DNA of 64,000 bases, from positions 4,286 to 68,285 of the forward strand of contig VGDP01000007.1 of NCBI GenBank assembly GCA_016869675.1, read 5' to 3'. Of the stretch, positions 41,174-50,406 are shown one piece after another. Each line of letters begins with the position of its first letter. Position 1 is the first letter of the stretch. This stretch comes from Alphaproteobacteria bacterium. Lineage in GTDB: Bacteria; Pseudomonadota; Alphaproteobacteria; SP197. The notes below the pieces were generated by a model that was given only the letters and a program-made list of their open reading frames with translations, searched no databases and had not been told where the DNA came from. The translations under genes and the position numbers were made by a program.

Positions 41174-42085
41174 ATGTGGAAGGTCAACGTCTTCGCCGCC
41201 AGTCCGCTCGACCGGGTCGCGCACCGGCGCGCCGACGCGGCGTGGCTGGCCGAGCGCCTGACCCACCCGGCCAGCCGGTTCGTGCCGGTCTGGCGCACGC
41301 GCAGCCTGATCGTGGCCGGCGAAGCGAGCCGCGCCGTGCTGCTGGACCCGGACCGCGCCGCCGCGCTGATCGCCGGCGGCGCCCAGGCGACCTTCCTGGG
41401 CCAGGCGGGCGAGGCCGCGCACTTCGCGCTCGACCTGTCGCACCTGAACGAGGACGCGGTGCACGCGCTCGGCCACGCGGCCGAGGCGGCGGACCTATGG
41501 GCGATCGGCGCGACGCTGGAGCGGGACGATGCGGCGATCCTGGCGCACGCCCGCGCCCTGGTCACCTGGCACGCGCGGCACCGCTTCTGCGGCGCGTGCG
41601 GGGCGCCGACCGCACCGCGCGACGCCGGCCACGTGCGCGGCTGCACCGACCCGGCTTGCGGTGCGGTGCATTTCCCGCGCACCGACCCGGCGGTCATCAT
41701 GCTGGTGACCTACGGCGACCGCTGCCTGCTGGGGCAGCAGAAGTCGTGGGCCGAGCCGGTCTATTCGACGCTCGCGGGCTTCGTCGAGCCGGGCGAGAGC
41801 CTGGAGGAGGCGGTGGCGCGCGAGGTCATGGAGGAGGTCGGCGTGTCGCTGACCAACGTGGTCTACCACTCCTCGCAGCCGTGGCCCTTTCCGCTCTCGA
41901 TCATGCTGGGCTTCACCGCCGAGGCCGCGGCCGACCGACTGGTCATCGACAATGTCGAGATCGCCGACGCCAAGTGGCTGACCCGCGCCGAGCTGCGCGA
42001 CCCCGAGTCGCTGGGTTTCCGCCTGCCGCGCAAGCTCTCGATCGCGCGCCACCTGGTGGACGACTGGCTGGCGCTGGAGCCATAA
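41174..42085 (+). CDS. nudC: NAD(+) diphosphatase
   Basis: Zinc ribbon CGACGAPTAPRDAGHVRGCTDPACG, and a Nudix box (GFVEPGESLEEAVAREVMEEVGV). Confidence 0.8.
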   Translation: MWKVNVFAASPLDRVAHRRADAAWLAERLTHPASRFVPVWRTRSLIVAGEASRAVLLDPDRAAALIAGGAQATFLGQAGEAAHFALDLSHLNEDAVHALGHAAEAADLWAIGATLERDDAAILAHARALVTWHARHRFCGACGAPTAPRDAGHVRGCTDPACGAVHFPRTDPAVIMLVTYGDRCLLGQQKSWAEPVYSTLAGFVEPGESLEEAVAREVMEEVGVSLTNVVYHSSQPWPFPLSIMLGFTAEAAADRLVIDNVEIADAKWLTRAELRDPESLGFRLPRKLSIARHLVDDWLALEP

Positions 42086-42133
42086 GTGAGCGCGGCCCGT
42101 TGACATCTTACGGCATTGCCGTATAGTCTCGGC

Positions 42134-42510
42134 ATGCACGTCGTCATCGAAACACCGACCTTCGTTTGGGGTGCGAAGGCGGCGGGACTCGACGACGATG
42201 AACGGAGCGCGATCATCGAGCGGATCGCGCGCGATCCGATGGCCGGCTCGTTGATCCCTGGTACGGGAGGGGCGCGCAAGGTTCGTTTCGCCGGGCGCGG
42301 CAAGGGCAAGAGCGGCGGCTACAGGGTGATCACGTACCACGCGGGCCGCGATGTTCCGATCTTCATGCTCAACGTCTTCGGCAAGGGCGACCGCGTCGAC
42401 CTGACTCAGAGCGAGCGCAACGACCTGCGCCACACCCTCGGATCGATCATCGACGCCTACAGACAAGGAGCACGCAAGCGTGTCGAACGCCGGACGGAGA
42501 ATGCTGAAGA
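42134..42510 (+). CDS. HigB-like (DUF1044) type II toxin; 3' end uncertain
   Basis: MHVVIETPTFVWGAKAAGLDDDERSAIIERIARDPMAGSLIPGTGGARKVRFAGRGKGKSGGYRVITYHAGRDVPIFMLNVFGKGDRVDLTQSERNDL. There is no in-frame stop before 42835. The frame overlaps the antitoxin start, so a 3' indel or stop loss is likely. Confidence 0.55.
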
Positions 42511-42776
42511 GTGCCAAGGAAGCGCTGGCCTATGCGCAGGGCAAGCCCGGTCGCGCCGGATTTGTCGTCCACATCCCGCGCGATATCGACGTAAGGTCCG
42601 TGCGGCGCCGCATGGGCATGAGCCAGGCCACCTTCGCCGCCCATTTCGGTGTCAGCCCGCGGACCGTCCAGGATTGGGAGCAGGGTCACCGCGCGCCATC
42701 GGGCCCCGCGCGGGCTTTCCTGACCGTCATCGACCGGGAGCCCGAGGCCGTCCGTCGCGCACTTCAGCTCGGATAG
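42480..42776 (+). CDS. XRE-family HTH antitoxin (HigA-like)
   Basis: MGMSQATFAAHFGVSPRTVQDWEQGHRAPSGPARAFL, a Cro/C1-type HTH. AAGGAG 9 nt upstream of the GTG at 42480. Confidence 0.65.
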   Translation: MSNAGRRMLKSAKEALAYAQGKPGRAGFVVHIPRDIDVRSVRRRMGMSQATFAAHFGVSPRTVQDWEQGHRAPSGPARAFLTVIDREPEAVRRALQLG

Positions 42777-42799
42777 CAGGGCGCTGCGGACGTCGCCGG

Positions 42800-42960
42800 A
42801 GTCGTCATCGCAAGGCCACGCCGTGGCCGCGGTGATCCAGGGAGCCCGGAAAACTCACGGTTTCACGGACTGCTTCGCCTGGCCTGAGCGACGCCGCAGG
42901 CTGTGTTGAAGGGTCCGGCTTCGCCCTCCTCGCGATCTGAGTCGATGACGCCGGGTCATG
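42800..42960. repeat. possible degenerate copy of the palindromic repeat family
   Basis: gtcatcgcaagg...gtgatccagggagcccgg...gatgacgccgggtcatg. Similarity to the A-D consensus is partial. Confidence 0.25.
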
Positions 42961-42992
42961 TCTTTCAACAGCCTCCTGGGCCGCGTCCCCGC

Positions 42993-43652
42993 TTACGCGT
43001 CCTCGGCGCCGGCGTCGATGCGGGCGATCAATTCCGCCTCGGTGATCGTGCCGCGCTTCTCCACCTCGCGCCGCTCGTGCTCGCGCAGGCCCTCGCTCAG
43101 GTCGTCGATGCGCTTCCATTCGGCGAACGGTGTGGCCTTGCCCGGGCGCGGCACGTAGCGCGACGGCGTGACCTTCTGGTAGCGGTGCACGTAACTCGGA
43201 CAGTTCACCCAGATGTCGGTGACGGTCACGCGCACGGCGAGATCCGCCTCGGTCCAATCGGCCAGCAGGGCGGGATCGGCGGTGATGGCGGCGCTGCCCT
43301 ACAGGCGCAGGCGCAGGGGTTTCTCGAAGTCGATGAACAGCATCCCGACCAGCGCCGATTTGGCGATGTTGCCCATGGACAGGAACATGCCGTTGTTGTC
43401 GTAGCTCGGGAACAGCAGGGTCTTGGGGTCGAGCACCTTGATGAAGCCCGGGTCGCCGCCCTTGTAGGACACGGTCGGGCGGCCGCGGTCGTCGACGGTG
43501 GACAGGAACACCATGTCGCGCGACTCGATGGACGCGCGCTCGCGCTCGCCGACCGCGTCGCGCCAGTCGCTGGCCTCGTTGAGGTCGGCCATGCGCCGGG
43601 TGCCGAACTGATCCTGCAGCGCCCGATGGGCCTTGGAGTAGAGCCTGCTCAT
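42993..43652 (-). pseudogene. pyridoxamine 5'-phosphate oxidase-like FMN-binding protein interrupted by an in-frame TAG
   Basis: ORF 43299..43652 (DMVFLSTVDDRGRPTVSYKGG...IDFEKPLRLRL) and ORF 42993..43235 share a frame. They are separated by TAG (rc of 43299-43301), giving LRLRL*GSAAITADPALLADWTEADLAVRVTVTDIWV. Confidence 0.55.
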
Positions 43653-43693
43653 GCAGCGCCTCCCTGCGGTACGTGGAGTCCGGCCGCGCCGGC

Positions 43694-44533
43694 CTATCCT
43701 CCGCGGCTCCGGAACGGGTTGGCCGGGTAGACGCCCAGCACCTTGACCCGGCGCGAGAAGAAGCCGAGCTCCTCGAACGCGAGCCGGACCGAGGGCGTCG
43801 CCGGGTGCCCCTCGATGTCGGCGTAGAACTGCGTCGCTGAGAAGCTGCCGTCCAGCATGTAGCTTTCCAGTTTGACCATGTTGACGCGGTTGGTGGCGAA
43901 ACCGCCGAGCGCCTTGTAGAGCGCGGCGGGCACGTTGCGCACCTGGAACACGAACGAGGTCATGACCAGCCCCGACTCGGGGTCCGGGTCGGCCGGCTCG
44001 CGCGCCAGCACCACGAAGCGCGTGGTGTTGTGGTGCGCGTCCTCGATCGACTGCTCCAGGATATCGAGGCCGTAGAACTCGGCGGCGAGCGACGAGGCGA
44101 TCGCGGCGCGCGTCGGATCACCCAGGCGCGCCACCTCGGCCGCCGCGCCGGCGGTATCCGCGTGGACCGTCGGCCTCAGCTTGTGCTCCCGCAGGTACCT
44201 GCGGCACTGGCCGAGCGCCTGGACGTGGGAGTGCACGGTGCGCACGCCGTCGAGCCGCGCGCCCCGCGGCGCCAGCAGGCAATGGCGCACCGCCTGGAAA
44301 TGCTCGGCAACGATGTTGAGGTCGGTCTCGGGCAGCAGGTGATGGACGTCGGCGACGCGCCCGGCGACCGAGTTCTCGATCGGGATCATGGCCACGTCGG
44401 CGCGGCCCTGAACCACGGACTCGAAGGCGTCCTCGAAGGATTCGCAGGCGACCGTCGTGTGGTCCGGCAGGGATTCGCGGCACGCCAGATGGGAGTAGGC
44501 GCCGGGCTGGCCCTGGAAGGCGACGGTCGGCAA
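43694..44533 (-). CDS. pheA: prephenate dehydratase
   Basis: PDT domain (VAFQGQPGAYSHLA...IPIENSVAGRV), TRF and ESRP motifs, and a C-terminal ACT domain. Confidence 0.9.
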   Translation of the reverse strand: MPTVAFQGQPGAYSHLACRESLPDHTTVACESFEDAFESVVQGRADVAMIPIENSVAGRVADVHHLLPETDLNIVAEHFQAVRHCLLAPRGARLDGVRTVHSHVQALGQCRRYLREHKLRPTVHADTAGAAAEVARLGDPTRAAIASSLAAEFYGLDILEQSIEDAHHNTTRFVVLAREPADPDPESGLVMTSFVFQVRNVPAALYKALGGFATNRVNMVKLESYMLDGSFSATQFYADIEGHPATPSVRLAFEELGFFSRRVKVLGVYPANPFRSRGG

Positions 44534-44544
44534 CGGTCCGGTTC

Positions 44545-45306
44545 CTAGGTGGAGGGCGGCGCGGGCGCCAGCAGGGCGCGCGCGCGCTCGAGATCGGCCG
44601 GAGTATCGACACCGAGCGGAACCGTGTCAACGCGGGCCACCGCGATGGTCATGCCGGCCTCGAGAGCCCGCAGCTGCTCGAGTCGCTCGCGCCGTTCGAG
44701 CGGGCTCGGCGGCAGGGCGACGAAGCGTTCCAGCGCCGCGCGGCGGTAGGCGTAGAGCCCGATGTGGTGCCACAGCGGCCCTTCGCCCCACGGCGCGCGG
44801 GCCCGGCTGAACCACAGTGCGCGGCCCAGGCCGGGGCCATCGGGCCAGGCGACCACCGCCTTGACCACGTTGGGGTCGTCGGCCTCCTCGGACCGGGCGA
44901 TGGGGGCGACCAGCGTCGCGATGTCGGCGCCGCCGGCCGCGAGCGCCGCCAGGGCGACGCCCGGCAGGGCGGGGTCGAGCGTCGGCAGATCGCCCTGAAC
45001 GTTGACGACGGCGTCGTGGCGCCGGTCGGGATCGACCGCTGCGAGCGCCGCGTGGATGCGGTCCGACCCCGAGGGCAACGCCGGATCGGTCAGCAAGGCG
45101 CGGCCGCCGGCCCGCTCGATGGCGTGCGCGATGGCCGCGTCGGCGCATGCCACCACGACGGGGCCGACGCCGGCCGCTACGGCGCGCCGCCAGACGTGCA
45201 CGATCATCGCCTCGCCATGGATCGTGGCGAGCGGCTTGTCAGGCAGCCGGCTGGCGGCCAGCCGGGCCGGGATGAGCACTAGAGCGTCGCCCTCGAAAGC
45301 CGCCAT
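44545..45306 (-). CDS. kdsB: 3-deoxy-manno-octulosonate cytidylyltransferase
   Basis: [25 protein letters not shown], and the CTP_transf_3 family. Confidence 0.9.
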   Translation of the reverse strand: MAAFEGDALVLIPARLAASRLPDKPLATIHGEAMIVHVWRRAVAAGVGPVVVACADAAIAHAIERAGGRALLTDPALPSGSDRIHAALAAVDPDRRHDAVVNVQGDLPTLDPALPGVALAALAAGGADIATLVAPIARSEEADDPNVVKAVVAWPDGPGLGRALWFSRARAPWGEGPLWHHIGLYAYRRAALERFVALPPSPLERRERLEQLRALEAGMTIAVARVDTVPLGVDTPADLERARALLAPAPPST

Positions 45307-45416
45307 GATTCCTCTAAGACTCTGAATCCGGACCCTTATAGGTCGTTGGACAGGGCCCGGTGAAGTGGTTACTCTCGCGCCGCTCGTTGATCCCCAACCG
45401 GACGGACGGACGCCGC

Positions 45417-45983
45417 ATGAACGCCTTCGAGTTCAACAAGATTGCCGGGGCCGTGCTGGGCTCAGCCCTCATCCTGTGGGCCGTCAGCATGATCGGCGAC
45501 TCGATCTACCCGATGCACAGCGGGGAAGGCCATGGCGAGGCCGAGCGCGTGCTGCACTACGCGGTGAGCGTGCCCGAGGGCGAAGGCGGCGCCGAGGCGA
45601 CGGCCGAGGCCGGCGCGCCCGCCGCGTCGCTGGGCGCGCTGCTGGCGGCGGCGGACGTGGCCAACGGCGAGAAGGTCGCGAAGAAGTGCGCGGCGTGCCA
45701 CACCTTCGACGCCGGCGGCGCCAACAAGGTCGGCCCGAACCTTCACGACATCGTCGGCGCCAACCGGGCGCACGCGGCGGGTTTCGCCTATTCGGCGGCG
45801 ATCACGGGTCTGGCCGGCACCTGGACCTGGGAGGAGCTCGACGCGTTCCTCGCCAACCCGAAGGACTACGCGCCCGGCACCAAGATGACCTTCGCCGGCG
45901 TCAAGAAGCCCGAGGATCGCGCCGACCTGCTGGCCTACCTGGGCAGCGTCACCACCGCCCCGCCGCCCCTGCCGGCGCCGTAA
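45417..45983 (+). CDS. membrane-anchored c-type cytochrome
   Basis: N-terminal TM ([15 protein letters not shown]), haem motif CAACH, and a distal Met region (GTKMTFAG). Confidence 0.75.
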   Translation: MNAFEFNKIAGAVLGSALILWAVSMIGDSIYPMHSGEGHGEAERVLHYAVSVPEGEGGAEATAEAGAPAASLGALLAAADVANGEKVAKKCAACHTFDAGGANKVGPNLHDIVGANRAHAAGFAYSAAITGLAGTWTWEELDAFLANPKDYAPGTKMTFAGVKKPEDRADLLAYLGSVTTAPPPLPAP

Positions 45984-46015
45984 CCAACCGTCCCGATCGG
46001 CCTTCTCGGCCACCG

Positions 46016-46050
46016 CCCAACCCCTCCCCCGCGAGGGGGGAGGGGTTGGG
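46016..46050. terminator. perfect GC-rich hairpin between convergent cytochrome c and mutL (bidirectional terminator candidate)
   Basis: cccaacccctccccc-gcga-gggggaggggttggg, a 15-bp stem. A second hairpin of the cctccatcgaggg family follows at about 46066-46100. Confidence 0.4.
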
Positions 46051-46108
46051 CCGGGGCCTTTGACGCCCCCTCCCCCTCGATGGAGGAGGGTCGGGGTGGG
46101 GCCGCGAC

Positions 46109-47875
46109 TCAGCGCCGGCCGAACAGCTTTTCGATATCGGCGAGCTTGAGTTCGATGTAGGTCGGGCGGCCGTGGCCGCACTGGCCGGAATGGGGCGTCG
46201 CCTCCATCTCGCGCAGCAGTGCGTCCATCTCGGCGGCCGAGAGCGCACGCCCGGCGCGCACGCTGCCGTGGCACGCCATGGTCGCGCACACCCGGTCGAG
46301 CGCGTCCTCGAGCGCGACGGCGTCGCCGAGCGACGCCAGGTCCTCGGCCAGGTCGCGCACGAGCCCCGCCGCGTCCGCCGCGCCCAGCGCCGCCGGCACC
46401 TCGCGCACCAGCACGGCGCCGAGACCGAAAGGCTCGACGACCAGGCCAAGATCGGCGAGTTCAGCCGCGCGGGCGGCCAGACGCTCGACCTCGGGCGGCG
46501 TCAGCTCGACCACCTCGGGGATCAGCAGCGGCTGACGCGCGACACCCTGGCCGGCGCGCTGACGCTTGATGCGCTCGTGCACCAGCCGCTCGTGCGCGGC
46601 GTGCTGGTCGACGAGGACCAGGCCGTCGGCGGTCTGGGCGACGATGTAGGTGCCGTGGAGCTGGGCACGCGCGGCGCCCAGGGGATGATCGACGGCGGTC
46701 GTGTCAGCCGGCGGCTGGAGGCGCGCCGATGGTCGCGCCAGGTCCATCGCTAGGTTGCCCGTGGCGTAGGGCGCCTGGGCCTCGGCCAGCGCCGCCCGCG
46801 CGGCCGGACCGACCACGGGCATCCCATAGCTCCGCGCGACTTGGTGGAACGTGGCCGCCGGTGTCGTGGCGGCGCGGTGGCCGGTGCGGTCGAGCGCCGC
46901 GCGCACGCCGGTGACGATGAGCGCGCGCACCAGCGCGGGATCGCGGAAGCGCACCTCGACCTTGGCCGGGTGCACGTTGACGTCCACGGCGTCCGCCGGC
47001 AGCGTCAGGAACAGCGCCACGGCCGGGTGGCGGTCGTGGGCCAGCAGATCGCGGTAGGCGCCGCGCAGCGCGCCGAGCAGCAGGCGGTCACGCACCGGCC
47101 GGCCGTTGACCACCAGGTGCTGCTGCTCGGTGGTGCGGCGGTGATAGGTGGGCAGGCCGGCATGACCGGCGAGCCGCACGCCCTCGCGTTCGGCGTCGAC
47201 CGGCACGGCGCTTTCGATGAAGGCGCGCCCCAGCACGGCGCCGACGCGCGCACGCCGCGCCTCGAACAGGTCCGCCGCCTCGGCGTCGAGCCGCATCGCC
47301 GCGCGCCCGTCGACCTCCAGCGAGAAGGCGACGTGGGGATGGGCGAGCGCCAGGCGCTCGACCGTCTCGCGCACGCGCTCCACCTCGGTGCGCTCGGCCT
47401 TGAGGAACTTGAGCCGCGCCGGCGTCGCGTGGAACAGCTCGCGCACCTCGACGCGGGTGCCGGGCGCCGCCGCCGCCGGGCGCGGCCCGTCCTTGCGGGC
47501 GCCGTCCACGGTGATCGCCGCGCCCGCGCCGCCGCGCGTGCGGCTGGTCACGGTCAGGCGCGCCACGGCGCCGATCGAGGGCAGTGCTTCGCCGCGGAAG
47601 CCAAGGGTCCCGATCGCGGTCAGGTCGCCGTCGGGCAGCTTCGAGGTGGCGTGGCGCTCGACCGCGAGCGCGAGGTCGTCGGCCGTCATGCCGCGCCCGT
47701 CGTCCTCGACCATGACCAGGGCGCGGCCACCCGCCTCGATGCGGATCGCGACGCGGCGCGCCTCAGCGTCGAGCGCGTTTTCGACCAGTTCCTTGACCAC
47801 CGAGGCCGGGCGCTCGACCACCTCGCCGGCGGCGATGCGGTTGATCAGCCCTTCGGGCAGGCGGCGGATCGCCAT
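46109..47875 (-). CDS. mutL: DNA mismatch repair protein MutL
   Basis: [31 protein letters not shown] ATPase N-terminus. 588 aa. Confidence 0.9.
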   Translation of the reverse strand: MAIRRLPEGLINRIAAGEVVERPASVVKELVENALDAEARRVAIRIEAGGRALVMVEDDGRGMTADDLALAVERHATSKLPDGDLTAIGTLGFRGEALPSIGAVARLTVTSRTRGGAGAAITVDGARKDGPRPAAAAPGTRVEVRELFHATPARLKFLKAERTEVERVRETVERLALAHPHVAFSLEVDGRAAMRLDAEAADLFEARRARVGAVLGRAFIESAVPVDAEREGVRLAGHAGLPTYHRRTTEQQHLVVNGRPVRDRLLLGALRGAYRDLLAHDRHPAVALFLTLPADAVDVNVHPAKVEVRFRDPALVRALIVTGVRAALDRTGHRAATTPAATFHQVARSYGMPVVGPAARAALAEAQAPYATGNLAMDLARPSARLQPPADTTAVDHPLGAARAQLHGTYIVAQTADGLVLVDQHAAHERLVHERIKRQRAGQGVARQPLLIPEVVELTPPEVERLAARAAELADLGLVVEPFGLGAVLVREVPAALGAADAAGLVRDLAEDLASLGDAVALEDALDRVCATMACHGSVRAGRALSAAEMDALLREMEATPHSGQCGHGRPTYIELKLADIEKLFGRR

Positions 47876-47878
47876 GGC

Positions 47879-49159
47879 TTAGCCGCGCGCAAGCCAGCGC
47901 CGGGTCAGCACCTTGCCCTGCTCGACCGCCGGCTGGTCGAACGGATCGACGCCCAGGAGATCGCACGCCAGGATCGTCTCGATCATCATGTGCATCAGGA
48001 GCGCGCCCAGCGTCGCCGCGTCAAGGGCGGGCGTGCGCAGCACGCGCACGGGGCGCCCGGCGCGGATCAGCGTCTCGATGGTTGCCCGCTGCTCGGCCTC
48101 CAGCAGGTCGCCGAGCGTGCGTCCCTCCAGGTAGCCGATCGACGGATCGCCGGCGAGCGCCGGGTCCAGGCGCGGTCCCGTGGCGGCGCGGTCGAGCACG
48201 ACGACGGTGAACAGCTTGTCGGCGGGGCCGTCGAGCCAAAGCTGGAGTTGGCTGTGCTGATCCGCCGGGCCGCGCGCCGCCACCGGCTGGGTGCCGTGGC
48301 CGGCCTTGCCCAGGCTTTCGGCCCAGAGCTGGGTGTACCAAGCGCCGAACGGGGCGAGCGCATCGGCGTAGCCGAGCAGGACCGACGTCGCCACGCCCTT
48401 CTCCCGCGCCAGGCCGACCTGCAGCGCAGCGCCGACCACCGGTGCGGCGTCGCGTGCATCCGTGGCGGCCAGCGTGTGGTCGAGCACGGTGCGGGCGCCG
48501 GCGCGCAACCCCGCGCCGTCGATGCCGCCGAGCGCCGCCGGCAGCAGCCCGACGTTCGACAGCACCGAGAAGCGCCCCGAGAGCGCCGGATCGTGATCCA
48601 GCGTCGTCAGGCCGAAACGCCGGGCCAGCGTGCGCAGGGGCGATTCGCCAGGGCCGGCCAGGACCAGCATGTGCTCGGCCAGCCGATCCTCGCCGACGGT
48701 CGCGCGCAGGAGCGCCACCGCCATCAGCGCTTGGGCGACGGTCTCGGGCGTCGAGCCCGAGCGCGAGACGGCGATGAACGCGGTGCGCGCCGGGTCGAGC
48801 TCCGCCGCGGCGCGCTGCCACGACCACGGGTCGATGGTCTCGACCGTGTGGACGCGGGGCGTGCCGCCCGGCGCGAGCGCCAGCAGGGCTTGGGCGCCCA
48901 GGCTGGAACCGCCGATGCCCAGCACCACCACGTCGGTGACGCGCGCGGCGAGTTCGCGCGCCGTCGCGGCGATGGCGTCGAGATCGTCAGCGCGGCGGGC
49001 CAGCGCGAGCGGCGGCGGCAGGGACGCGGCGTCGCGTAGGCGGCCGCGCGCAGCGGCGGCACGGGCGAGCCAGGCGTCGAAGCGAGCGGGTTCCAGGCCA
49101 TGGGGGCCGAGCGCGCCGGCGTGATCCTGATGGTAGGGAGGCGCGGCGCGGCCCCGCAT
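47879..49159 (-). CDS. pgi: glucose-6-phosphate isomerase (short bacterial type)
   Basis: PGI signatures SGRFSVLSNVGLLP and DPFDQPAVEQGK. The start is MRGRAAPP at 49159. Confidence 0.85.
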   Translation of the reverse strand: MRGRAAPPYHQDHAGALGPHGLEPARFDAWLARAAAARGRLRDAASLPPPLALARRADDLDAIAATARELAARVTDVVVLGIGGSSLGAQALLALAPGGTPRVHTVETIDPWSWQRAAAELDPARTAFIAVSRSGSTPETVAQALMAVALLRATVGEDRLAEHMLVLAGPGESPLRTLARRFGLTTLDHDPALSGRFSVLSNVGLLPAALGGIDGAGLRAGARTVLDHTLAATDARDAAPVVGAALQVGLAREKGVATSVLLGYADALAPFGAWYTQLWAESLGKAGHGTQPVAARGPADQHSQLQLWLDGPADKLFTVVVLDRAATGPRLDPALAGDPSIGYLEGRTLGDLLEAEQRATIETLIRAGRPVRVLRTPALDAATLGALLMHMMIETILACDLLGVDPFDQPAVEQGKVLTRRWLARG

Positions 49160-49166
49160 GGCGCGC

Positions 49167-49730
49167 CTAGAAGATTCCTTCGAAGATCGCCTTCTTGCGT
49201 TCCTCGATGACCGGCGTCGCGCCGGTGGTGGGCGGCGCGCGGGTGGCCGCCGCCTCGGACAGGCGCTGGGCCTCGGCCTCGGCGTCGATGATGACAACCG
49301 GCGTGGCCCGAGGGCGCCAGAAGATCAGCCGGTCGGCGAGCGAGATGTCCTCGGCGAGCAGCGCGTTGTCCTCGTTGATGAGCTGGCGGATCGACGGATC
49401 GGCCTGCTCGACACCGGCCCGGGTCAGGAGATCGGTCAGGCCCGGGCTGCCCGACGCCGCGCCCCCAGCGGTGCCGAACACGATCGCCGCGGCTTGGTCG
49501 CGCGTCTCGCCTTCCTGGGGCCGGGGCGCGCCGGGCTGCGGCGGGCGCAGGCCGAAATCGGGCGGCACGCTGAGCGGCGGGCGGCTGACCACCTGGAACT
49601 CGTCGGGCGGCTGCTTGCCGATGCCGAGCGAGCGCTTGGTCTGCTCGCAGCCGGCCAGCGCCAGCGCCGCCAGCGCGACGATGGCGACGAGACGGACCGG
49701 ACGGCGGGTCTGCGGGCGGGCTTCCATCAT
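49167..49730 (-). CDS. DUF3035-like lipoprotein
   Basis: Lipobox LALAGC. It sits between lspA and pgi, the usual position for alphaproteobacterial DUF3035 lipoproteins. Confidence 0.6.
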   Translation of the reverse strand: MMEARPQTRRPVRLVAIVALAALALAGCEQTKRSLGIGKQPPDEFQVVSRPPLSVPPDFGLRPPQPGAPRPQEGETRDQAAAIVFGTAGGAASGSPGLTDLLTRAGVEQADPSIRQLINEDNALLAEDISLADRLIFWRPRATPVVIIDAEAEAQRLSEAAATRAPPTTGATPVIEERKKAIFEGIF

Positions 49731-50218
49731 GGCCGTGGGGGCCGATTATGATCCGCGCGGCGGGCGCCGAGCAAGCTGTCCGCCAGGAGGGCGGCCACGC
49801 CGAGCGACACGGCCGCGTCGGCCAGGTTGAACGCGGGCCAGTGCCAGCCGGCCGCGTGAACGTCGAAGAAGTCGGCGACCGCGCCGTGCACAAACCGGTC
49901 GATCACGTTGCCGAGCGCGCCGCCGACGATGGCGCCGAGCACGATGGCGATGAACGGCCGAGCGCGATGCATCCACAGCAGCAGCGCCGCCACCACCGCG
50001 AGCGCGACCGCCGCCAGCAGCCAGCGCTGCAGGGCCGCCTGCTCGGGCGTGTTGAACAGGCCGAAGCTGATGCCCCGGTTCCACACCATGACCAGGTTGA
50101 AGAAGCCGGTCAGCGGCAGGGGCGCGTCGCCGCGCGCCGCCATGACGCCGATCAGCCACGCCTTGCTCGCCTGGTCGGCCAGCAGCACCAGCGCCACAAC
50201 GATAAGGCCGCGCCGCAT
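49727..50218 (-). CDS. lspA: lipoprotein signal peptidase II
   Basis: FNLVMVWNRGISFG...GGALGNVIDRF...FNLADAAVSLG. Confidence 0.85.
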   Translation of the reverse strand: MRRGLIVVALVLLADQASKAWLIGVMAARGDAPLPLTGFFNLVMVWNRGISFGLFNTPEQAALQRWLLAAVALAVVAALLLWMHRARPFIAIVLGAIVGGALGNVIDRFVHGAVADFFDVHAAGWHWPAFNLADAAVSLGVAALLADSLLGARRADHNRPPRP

Positions 50219-50224
50219 GTCAGG

Positions 50225-50400
50225 CGCCCACGGATGGCGACCTAGGGCGGCAGCCCCCCTCACCCCCCAAGGCTCCGCCTTGGGTCCCCCCTCTCCCACA
50301 AGGGGAGAGGGCGACTGAGACCGCTCTCCCCTTGCGGGAGAGGGAGGGGCCCATGACCCGTAGGGTCATGGAAGGGTGAGGGGTATAGCCACTCATGGCC
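50225..50400. repeat. GC-rich hairpin repeat mosaic between ileS and lspA
   Basis: ccctctcccacaaggggagaggg, ctctccccttgcgggagaggg, gggtgaggggtat. Confidence 0.55.
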
Positions 50401-50406
50401 GGCGCG

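Noticed and set aside
39460-42126. 888-aa plus-strand ORF
   Set aside because: Antisense to dnaX and overlaps nudC out of frame. It has an RGRA-rich composition and no domain signal.
19055-43301. Hypothesis that the three in-frame TAG codons reflect stop-codon recoding or amber suppression
   Set aside because: TAG serves as the ordinary terminator of at least six intact genes in this window: the GMC oxidoreductase, argB, the SPFH gene, nfeD, the HigA-like antitoxin and the DUF3035 lipoprotein gene. Systematic reassignment is therefore not supported. Nonsense mutation or error is more parsimonious.
45462-46289. 275-aa minus-strand ORF
   Set aside because: Antisense to the cytochrome c gene and spans the intergenic hairpins. 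Low complexity.
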